Source: Chrysochromulina tobinii (lineage: Eukaryota). From it: a stretch of DNA of 38,789 bases. The DNA is taken from positions 1-38,789 of the forward strand of contig JWZX01003408.1 in assembly GCA_001275005.1 (NCBI GenBank), in the 5' to 3' direction. A model generated the notes under the pieces. The model was given only the letters and a program-made list of their open reading frames with translations, did no database searches and was not told the origin of the DNA. The position numbers and the translations under genes were made by a program. Shown piece after piece: positions 32,801 to 38,789 of the stretch (positions are counted from its first letter, which is position 1; each line of letters begins with the position of its first letter).

Positions 32801-33421
32801 GTCGTCCTGTGCCTGCAAAGACGCGTCGATGAAAAGAGTGTGAGATGGTTTGAAGGTGAATTCCGGCATCTGGTAGTTGGCGCCCACGTAAAAGGCCGGC
32901 AATCGCCACGCCTTGACTGCGGCCATCCACCCCTCGACAGGGTCGCGGTTGCCGTCAAAATACGTGTCATTGATGCGTGGACGCGACTTGAGGAAGTCCG
33001 CGCGCTGTTCTCGCAGCCCAGACTGCTGGATGAGCATCATCGGGTGGTTCTGTCCACCGTGGACGACGATACTCATCGCCGGCAGCTCCAACTCCCACTT
33101 CTGGATCTGGTTCAACATCCAGACGCTGTTCTGGCCCTTGATATTCTCCTCGTCGGGACGCGCCGGGTCGTGCTCCGGCACCCAGCGAAATGGATGGGGC
33201 TTCTCTTTTGCAGCCTCGGTCGGCGGGTTCTCAAAGTCGAGCGGGTTGGCGCGCAGCTCGGAGAGCAGCCGGGCCTTGATAGGCGCGAAGCGCTTGGCGT
33301 TCTCGCTCATTGGCGCGCTATTCTCGCCATACTCCACCTGCGCAGCCAAGGGAGCAGCCTCGGGAGCAGCCTTCGCATCCTCTTTTACCATCGAGACTCG
33401 GCGCGAGTCCTCTCCTGACAT
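26876..33421 (-). CDS. SLOG (LSDAT/TRPM-N-like) plus two SLATT/DUF4231-like TM modules, with C2-like, Pro-rich and LamG-like inserts (2,181 aa)
   Basis: SLOG-like motifs WELELPAMSIVVHGG, SGTHYIVFD, IYLNGS, PILLLESTGG. SLATT-like helical hairpins ending SRMASMEIVSEIYKYRTR and MSIDDYMMYR...YNSAQRNIHNMINAW...VVQTVETAL. Uninterrupted ORF, ATG at 33421. Confidence 0.7.
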   Translation of the reverse strand: MSGEDSRRVSMVKEDAKAAPEAAPLAAQVEYGENSAPMSENAKRFAPIKARLLSELRANPLDFENPPTEAAKEKPHPFRWVPEHDPARPDEENIKGQNSVWMLNQIQKWELELPAMSIVVHGGQNHPMMLIQQSGLREQRADFLKSRPRINDTYFDGNRDPVEGWMAAVKAWRLPAFYVGANYQMPEFTFKPSHTLFIDASLQAQDDADLIGREDRVNNEWIMDAVTHQPLCKQSAVKGRDGIFFWNLNVAAAVTPLGVMPPQTQFVGNLRENYDVWFGGMKSQSAVLIENNPMMSSLLAGGSRFLVGVTRPKDIKRWGRMGKQILDLEERKKHALSSAVLSKGEVRLEIVNARLNKLGLARLAAFMPSASQGDALVLLKSFIPGDNPPEHTSEVFPMKAGFVKFKGRSAQSIDRRFITDGRPFERAELNDILEDQDPQRSQVRVKLCLAAKNGSEMRGEGGQLRGLLGEFKVSLKELVRDGTADSHGSFSVQGEVELMGAEKEPEPEPVPRKLVKPSRENTRQSMVSNPRGSRRMSFGYPSPRVMPSFKTQLSARIDDAKEEASSEEEVEEAEEMDVDEPQVALGTLMFRVAINPPEPPPKAPPSSVARVRATNGVSKEAATPSNVVKGVSSPDMDEMDDEDKGDDLSGMMAGSLRELRILVPGEGMVPVVHGDFLSKAPATSTPGTDAARAPIPADSYLPRNTAWMPPGLYDGSTQRPMIPPPRMPPPMMMQPPMMMQPPPMMQPSPMMQPPMMMQPPPMIQPSPMMQPPPMMQPSPMTQLPPMMQSMMPPAIIPPPVGAGGMTLPLSAAPSPMLQPPPYEVAGDWARSEAARSPVEFARLSPRPQSLRAPAALLPDRLGAGAISPQYKEPPPLPPDLASTARSTQLIDRLAMSDSGGPASSSGPASPPPSPPEDARVQLEPADAGDEPKPPPQSSSPPSPSQSPSNRPSHAPSVAPSEADPDTEHQQLAEQQLEKPKGKKQRSRKESRHGDLPLTSKQKKLVAAKLGFFSEALHRLPRTMKDTLRYTFAYWIKWHHVETIADQLLLFGDLRNMPALIRNHRLGAIVDGEFRATEFDPREAGDRWCLLVVTNDGSFSNYRIGYSSRDLTGAPSTARNADPESGEVVTNVRTEFASTVQIRRLVTTTRGAGLIAQAWIWPRDLEEEEIMELWVATKDRYLDKEPVPTDEMIPKQPAPNRGRDPPLPWDSPDPIIDKDNAAMLDIPLVSKILFQRLKNVFTVLVDYANYSDSFLVIDRIHNPSATAELLLEVALRANGSNSTVLVMDARARLETANVMLQQLIDCGFLVDQEEKYKPRPRGLDKVQVEEQRLTEFKLTSTDYASPRCDLRRLVTPAGLAWLRASQAELAGTIELINSHSRHLDMCRLVTNIFSDFQCSDDLRPDGRPRLDRIWKVFYNAQLFASGTHYIVFDDVEVKGKRVIDTLGTLGTIYLNGSTEVHKKIIDCVQAGSPILLLESTGGVTQAFSHAVKAVKMMKSKWPLDFVLRLVTEYKQRVATNQRKDKLPTSARPYALDNVHLLDKELVRMDLILSSGEYQEPWMRNFGLPEVMLLFETWQRSPDFLLKSIVSADVMRFSAEALLDLFTACFSGGAGGIPELGLGNAETKVVATAWNRHLILFNNSCMYCKRSWTMQFVLYFLSQFTVLLSIITSSYASLQSNEFLSFLMQGLPITVALLGTISTRLRQPQKYSVSRMASMEIVSEIYKYRTRSLEYDGLALAAALKAAQEGPADAKKKKGEEGLAMPIPAKEKNKLARKVFVERVQAIYSHSLTSEMSKGTSASHKTNGMDPSQLVVDADEEGQGSIMNQLQQHVCNKLYFITVREWALTAEEVKRKAYAVEERRGSRLRDARRKASNKLSLLTAVVITVLIAAVRFVFAIGRGAALLCSPSRMNKFVKQQRATNGNSASEARESSETRTSLEMRLIRDLKARGDRLRGIVTEVSSAMTGSPVKEEEMPEQVAGGRTERLDTSFIEAEEGGSGGGGGGGGGRASDDGGGERLPKIRDDLMTAMSIDDYMMYRARPICTYMMRTAPWRAFELQCLEIFTFIFQSSGAVLVSIGPIYVPYVALTIGVASVAKSFIEFSRLNQQVEAYNSAQRNIHNMINAWDGMTRTQRRTRKTITQVVQTVETALLTVTTGMTDSTPGQAFAMGSEEEGEAEGAA
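31050..31262 (-). repeat. Coding minisatellite encoding (P-P/S-P-M-M-Q)n
   Basis: Repeated ggctgcatcatcggcg(a/g)c on +; protein PPMMMQPPMMMQPPPMMQPSPMMQ... Confidence 0.9.
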
Positions 33422-33866
33422 GTCTTGGAGTGGAAAGGATAGCCTGTGCAAGCCGAACAGGGGGCAGCGGCGTGTGAGTAAGAGAGCTCGGATACTCGGC
33501 GGTGCATGCGGATGGCGGGTTGGGCAAAGGAAAGGCGTGCGCCATGTCTGCCGCGTCGAGCACCGTTGGACTTGGTTGTGTGGAGTTCGAACGGGTGAGC
33601 TGAAAATAGATTGCAAAAATAGCTGATCAAACAACACGTCGTTACATGCAAATTCAAGAAAACATAGTCAAAGGATTTGCCAAACACAGCCAGGCCTTCA
33701 CAGCGCCCCTCTCTTTCCTAAAAATAGAGCTCAATAGATTGGTGTCGGAGTCGCTTGGTTCACCAGTCGGTTACCCTTGGCGGAGAGGCCTACCCGTGTG
33801 GGAGAAATGTTGGTCGACCGTGTGTGGGTCGACCGTTTGGGCGGCCGGTTGTTGGCTGCGCAGGCC

Positions 33867-33962
33867 GGAGCGGCGTCTCAGCAATCGCCCGGTCGACGGT
33901 GACATATAACTCGTCAAAGTGTCGTCGGTATTTCCGGGCGTCGCGTCATGTCGTCTCGCTCC
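33867..33962 (-). promoter_or_regulatory. SECIS element (type II-like) in the SelO 3' UTR
   Basis: On the minus strand: helix I GGAGCG/CGCTCC; core AUGAC (33949-33945) opposite UGAG (33880-33877); 11-bp helix II GCGA-CGCCCGG/CCGGGCG-A-UUGC; apical AAA; extra ministem CGACG/CGUCG. Confidence 0.85.
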
Positions 33963-34015
33963 CACCGGCTTGTGGGGGCTCTCGGGATGCGCGCTCCGTG
34001 AGTGGAGTTCGCACC

Positions 34016-36061
34016 TTACGAGGATCAGCTCATGAAACCGATGCCGCCCTGCCACTCGACGCCTACCGGCGCTCGATGGTAGAAGCGCTCGCTCAGCTCC
34101 GGATGCTCCTCGTAGGGGGCGCCCAGCAGCGCGAGGAGCGTCCGCAACGGCCCGTAGTCGTCCTTCTCAGCGGCGGTGTACGCCTCGACGAGCATCCACT
34201 CACGCGGCACAAACTTGGGGTTGGCGAGGCGCATGCGCGCGCCCGCGCCCTTCCGGCCATCCTCGACGTCGAGCTCACTCCACCAGTCGCGCAGCCAATC
34301 CATCCAACGGCTCGCGGAATCTTGGTCGGCGGGCGGCGTGTAAAAGGCGGGCGCCAGCAGCGTGAGGTGAGTCGCCTCGTCGCGGACGCCTTCGGCCGCG
34401 GCGTCAGCCACCTGAGCGAGCTGACGCCAAAAGATCGTCCAATCCGTCGTCGTCTCTTGCATCAGCACAGCGAGGGCGCGCCACAGCCGCGTGGCACGCG
34501 CACGGGCATGGGGCGGCAGGCCGAGCTTGCTGGCCCACATCTCGCCCAGCGCCCTCTCCATGTCGGCCTCGTAACTACGCTGGACGATATACCGAAGCTC
34601 GGCAATGCCCTCCGCGTCGACGAGCGGCTCGAGGCTCCGTAGGAACATTTGAAGGTTCCTGCCTGCCGCTCTCGGCTGGTTCATGAAGGAGAAGTGGTCG
34701 CCAGAGCCTACCCACATGCCCCATGCCGGATCATAGCGCTCGATGAAGCCAAACGGGCCATAATCGAGGGTGACGCCGCCCACCAAGCAGTTATCAGCGT
34801 TGAAGCTGTGGGGCCATGGGAGAGGAGAGGTCATCAGAGGCCATCAAAGGCCATCAGAGGTCATCAGAGGTCTTCAGAGGTCATCAGAGGTCATTAGCAC
34901 TCACTTGCTCTGCGTGTATCCCACGCGGATCCAGTCCGCCGACAGGCGTGCGAACCGGGCGCTCGCCTTACGGGCCATTTCCAGCAGCAGCACTTGCAGC
35001 GGCGTGCCCGCCGCGCGGGTACACGTCGCTGGTCCCAAGACTTCAGGGTACTCGCGCCGAAGGGCGTGTCGAGCGAGCTGCTCGAGCTGCCTCAGCCCAT
35101 CTAGTTCGCGTCGGCTCGCGCGCCGTCCGTAGAGCTCAAACTGGCCGACGCGTAGAAAGGACCGCGCGACGCGGGTGGTGATGGCCACCCGCTCCGCGCG
35201 CACCACGTCACCGCCGTGCTTGTCCCGCTTGATCGCCCCGATGGCGATCGCCGCAGATTTGTTCGTGTACCAGGCCCGCTGCACGCGCTCGTCCGCCGAC
35301 ACGACGAGCGAGAGCGCTCGGGTCGTCGGCACACCTAGCGCTGCCATGGTCTCCGACGCCACGAATTCGCGCAGGCTCGATCGAAGCACTGCACGGCCGT
35401 CCGAGCCGCGGCAAAAGGGCGTCTTCCCGCTGCCCTTGAGCTGCAACTCCCAAGGCGTGCTGCCGGTGCTGACATTGCAGCTCTTCCGGCAGGAGGCGAG
35501 CATATATTCGGAATTTTTGGCGCACTCGCCAGCATGAGCCCACGCCTGGCACTCCTCCTCATCGTCGGTGCCCACGCCCTCGATACGCACCTCGCCAATG
35601 GAGATCGCGCGGCCATCACCATATCCGTAGCCGCGCGGGCCGGCGCCGTCAGGCTTAATCTCTTGGCCGTAGATTGACAGTGCATATGGCGTGGCCCACT
35701 GCTGATTGAAGCCAGGAATCTCGTCCTCGACGTCTCCGCCCGAGAAGAGCTTCACAAAGAGCTGGGAGCGGCACTCACTCTCATCTAGCCCGAGCAGTGT
35801 GGTGCACACCTCTGGACTGTAAGTCACCAGCCTCGGCTTGTTGAGTGGCGTTGGTCGCACGAGCACGAAGTGGCCGCTGCTGACCTCGCGCGGCGAGTGG
35901 TTCGGCGCATGCGCCGCCTGCTCTGGATCAGCCTCGAGAGAGCGGATGTACTCGTTATCAATGCGTTCGCCGAGACCGCCGAGGTCGAAGGTAACGGAGA
36001 GCTGCACTATGAGAAGGATGAGGAGACGCTTGGCCAAATAACGCTCGGCCCAGTAGGGCAT
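34016..36061 (-). CDS. SELENOO: Selenoprotein O (YdiU-family AMPylase pseudokinase) with Sec at 34027-34025; exons 36061-34905 and 34805-34016 (648 aa)
   Basis: GDGRAISIGE, WELQLKGSGKTPF, DGRAVLRSSLREFVASE, GVPTTRALS, FLRVGQFE, QSN|FNADN...DYGPFGF and NPKFVPREW motifs. The end reads ATG AGC TGA TCC TCG TAA = M-S-U-S-S-stop, matching the family C/U-S-S terminus. Confidence 0.93.
34806..34904 (-). other. SelO intron (99 nt) containing a 10-bp tandem repeat
   Basis: AA|GTGAGT donor and CACAG|C acceptor restore QSNFNADN; (TCATCAGAGG)n on +. Confidence 0.88.
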
Positions 36062-36319
36062 AACACTCCCGTCTCCTCGGGCCGGAGCCCAGTGCGAAAA
36101 GCGACTCCTCACAACCACATGGCGTTCCCGCACGCGGGTCCAAAAGAAAAGTTATTCCACGCAGGAAATGTGCCCCGAAGTGCCCCGCCGGCCTTCTGCC
36201 GACGCGTCTCACTTCACACTGCAACTATAGATGTTCATACCTGCGTTCCCACTGAATTCCATCCTGAATTCCGCAGCTATGGCGCGCGGGCCCGAGCGAG
36301 GCATCGGCATCGGACGACT
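36062..36319. promoter_or_regulatory. Probable bidirectional promoter between SelO and the WDR7-like gene
   Basis: Divergent start codons about 260 bp apart; no specific element identified. Confidence 0.4.
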
Positions 36320-38789
36320 ATGAGACGCGAGCCCAAGCCGCCTGCCGCTGCGGAGCCACAGCTGTCACTGCTCGTGCCGATCGCCGCTTGGCCCGCACCG
36401 CCGCGCCACGACGTCACTTGCATCTGCGTCACGTCGCTGCCGCGTGCGGCCCTGGTCAGTGGCTCGAGCACAGGCCAGGTCTGCCTCTGGGGTGTTGAAG
36501 ACGGGCCGGGAGACGATGACGACGAAGAGCATGCCGCCGCGGCATCCCTGCGCCTCTCGCCTCGTGTCATGCTCCTTGGGCACTCTGCGCCGGTCATGTG
36601 GGTCGCTTCGTGCCTCTTTGAGCGCTTGGACGCGCTCTGCTCACTCTGCCATGGCGGGCTGCTCAATGTGTGGGACCCCATGGACGGAAGGTGCCTCTCG
36701 TCCTCGCCCACGTCGTTGCTGCCCAGTGCGACCGTTGGGGCCATGCTGCCCGGGCTCAAGCATGCGGTCATCGGCGGCGAGAGCCAGGCGCTGAGCATAG
36801 TACAGCTATCCACGATGACCGTGCGCTGCGTGCTCTCACCGTTGGACGACTGGTGCATGGCGGTCGCCGCGACACCAGGCGGCGCAGAGCAGCACGCGCG
36901 CCTCGTGTGCCTCGACGCCTCTGGTGGCGTGCGCAGCTGGCAGCTGCTCGTGCACCCCAACGGCAACGTCGGGGTCGCCGCGCCGCCGTTGCGCTGCACG
37001 CTGCTGCCGCCTCGTGCCGAGCTGCTGAAAGCGAAGCCGATGCAGCATGCGGTCAACGAGGAGGCGCAGCAGCTGGCCTATTTACGCAGCGTCCTGGAGC
37101 GGCGCCGACGCGAGACGGAGGCGGCGAAGGCGGCCTCGACCAAGGCGCTGCTGGCCAAGAAGGCAGCCGAGGCGAATCCGTTTGACGAAGAGCTCAAACA
37201 GCGCCGGACCCTCACGTACCGAACGGCTGCCGAGAGCGACATGGTTGAGGAGGAGGGCGGCGAGGGCGGCGCGCGTGTCGAGGGAGTAATGAGTGTGCCC
37301 GACCCTCCACTGCCGCTGAGCGCGCAGCGGCTCGTGCAGCTGAGTGCGGACGGCTCTCTCGTCCTCCTCCTCGACCCCCTTGGAACGCTCTGGCTCTATG
37401 CGATGCCCGCGGCCTTATGGGAGCGGCCGTCTGTCCCGCCGCCGCGGGTGATCCTTGTGCTGCCTGCGTCGATCTCACGTGCCGAAGAAGGTTGGGCGGG
37501 CGCTAGGCTCGTGCATGGCGGCGGCGGCGGCGCAGGTGCAGGCGGCGCAGGCAGCACGGATAATTGGGCCGTCGTCGCCTGGTCCGCTTTGGTCCCGCCC
37601 ACCCTCTTCGCGGTGCCAGCCTTTCTGGAGGAGCCGGCCGACGCCCCAGTGGGCGCCGAGCACGTGATCGTGCCGCGCGCTGTCATCGAGGCGGCCCAAG
37701 AGGCGGCGGCCGCCGCCGAGAAGGCGAAGCTCGCCGCAGTCGAGGAGGCAGCAGAGGAGGCAGCCGAGGGGAACAGCAACAGCAACGCTCTCCTGCGCTG
37801 CGCGGCGGCAGTGCTTGCTCCTTGGCTGGCCTCGGTAGCGCCGAAGGCATCGCCCCTCGCCCATGCCATCGCCATCGCTGACAGTGCCGGCACGATGCAC
37901 ATCTACGTGGCCGATCTGCTCTCGCCCAGGGCGGCGTCAGCGGTGGTGGCCTCGGCGGCGCCGCTCACCCGACTCGGCTATGCGCCCTTGACGCGCGGCT
38001 GGGCGCCGGTGCCTCCGGGCGAGCCCTCGGTGAGCGCCTCGGCTCTGGTGGCTCAGGATGGGGTGCCGGTGCAGCTGCTGCTCGGCTACACGGATGGCTC
38101 GATTGGCCGGTTGCGACTGCCTGGCGGTGGCGTACCCGAGGGCCGACGAGCGGCGCACCCGTCGCGGGTGAGTGCCATCCTTCCACTCAAACTCGGCGCC
38201 TCGTCGGCCGCGAGGAGCGCCTTCGCCCCTGCCACGGCGCCCGCCACGGCGCCCGCCACGGCGCCCCTTACCGACGGCATCGCCGACGTCAATGAGAGCA
38301 GAGGCGATGGGAATGCCGCCGTGGAGTCTGGAGAAGCGACCGGCAATCCACAGTCCGGCATCCCGACAGCATGTCTCTTCTTCGCATCGGCCTCTTCGCT
38401 CGGTGAGGTCGTCATTTGGTCGCTGCACCGGTTGCAGCCGCTCCGCCGCTTCAAGGAGCACTCGGGCCCCATCACCACGCTGCTGCAGCCGCCGCCAGGG
38501 GTGCCCCTGCACATGGAGAGGTGGGTGCTCGCCGTGGGCACTGACGGCGCCATCTCCATTTACGACGTCTCCGAGATGCCGTTGGTGCCGCTGGTGCCTG
38601 CTGCGCTGCGCGGCAGCGACGCGGGCTGGCGGCATGCTGACGCCGATCGTGTGCGCTGCGTCGGCTTGCTCAACGGCCACCTGGAGCCGATTCGGGAGCT
38701 GCAGTGGCGACCCGCCGAAGGGATGCTCAGCGTTCGGTGCGCCCTTGGGTGGTGCGGCAGCGGCGATGGACTCTGTGGGACGGGAGCGG
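36320..38789 (+). CDS. WDR7: WD40-repeat protein, WDR7/rabconnectin-3 beta-like, partial (runs off the right edge)
   Basis: From ATG 36320: LLVPIAAWPAPPRHDVTCI...LVSGSSTGQVCLW...SPRVMLLGHSAPV...GLLNVWDPMDGRCL, matching the WDR7 N-terminal pattern. Later GEVVIWSL...FKEHSGPITTL and GHLEPIRELQW. It is absent from the ORF track, consistent with no stop before the window end. Confidence 0.75.
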   Translation, partial: MRREPKPPAAAEPQLSLLVPIAAWPAPPRHDVTCICVTSLPRAALVSGSSTGQVCLWGVEDGPGDDDDEEHAAAASLRLSPRVMLLGHSAPVMWVASCLFERLDALCSLCHGGLLNVWDPMDGRCLSSSPTSLLPSATVGAMLPGLKHAVIGGESQALSIVQLSTMTVRCVLSPLDDWCMAVAATPGGAEQHARLVCLDASGGVRSWQLLVHPNGNVGVAAPPLRCTLLPPRAELLKAKPMQHAVNEEAQQLAYLRSVLERRRRETEAAKAASTKALLAKKAAEANPFDEELKQRRTLTYRTAAESDMVEEEGGEGGARVEGVMSVPDPPLPLSAQRLVQLSADGSLVLLLDPLGTLWLYAMPAALWERPSVPPPRVILVLPASISRAEEGWAGARLVHGGGGGAGAGGAGSTDNWAVVAWSALVPPTLFAVPAFLEEPADAPVGAEHVIVPRAVIEAAQEAAAAAEKAKLAAVEEAAEEAAEGNSNSNALLRCAAAVLAPWLASVAPKASPLAHAIAIADSAGTMHIYVADLLSPRAASAVVASAAPLTRLGYAPLTRGWAPVPPGEPSVSASALVAQDGVPVQLLLGYTDGSIGRLRLPGGGVPEGRRAAHPSRVSAILPLKLGASSAARSAFAPATAPATAPATAPLTDGIADVNESRGDGNAAVESGEATGNPQSGIPTACLFFASASSLGEVVIWSLHRLQPLRRFKEHSGPITTLLQPPPGVPLHMERWVLAVGTDGAISIYDVSEMPLVPLVPAALRGSDAGWRHADADRVRCVGLLNGHLEPIRELQWRPAEGMLSVRCALGWCGSGDGLCGTGA

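Overview
GC-rich, gene-dense eukaryotic nuclear DNA with short GT-AG spliceosomal introns. A haptophyte alga (Chrysochromulina/Prymnesium-like) is inferred from the bipartite ASAF-type plastid presequence and the repeat-filled introns. About 13 genes are supported, in order: a partial WD40 protein, a GT-A glycosyltransferase-like protein, cullin-4, an Mn-type SOD, GAR1, a small plastid membrane protein, a CTL/SLC44 choline transporter, a myosin-CBS-PB1-TM fusion, REV1, a large Rdx-like/WW/EF-hand protein, a large SLOG-SLATT protein, selenoprotein O and a partial WDR7-like protein. Highlights: (1) SelO ends in an in-frame UGA (M-S-U-S-S-stop) followed by a well-formed SECIS, and carries an ShK-like insert and a hydrophobic N-terminus. 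(2) A 2,181-aa protein has a split SLOG domain and two SLATT-like modules, resembling bacterial nucleotide-sensing effectors. (3) The MnSOD has a tripartite presequence pointing to the thylakoid lumen. (4) Unusual introns: a tandem-duplicated intron with a zero-length exon, an intron flanked by a 7-bp direct repeat, and a 10-bp repeat shared by introns 34 kb apart. All domain calls come from motif recognition by eye; no database search was run.
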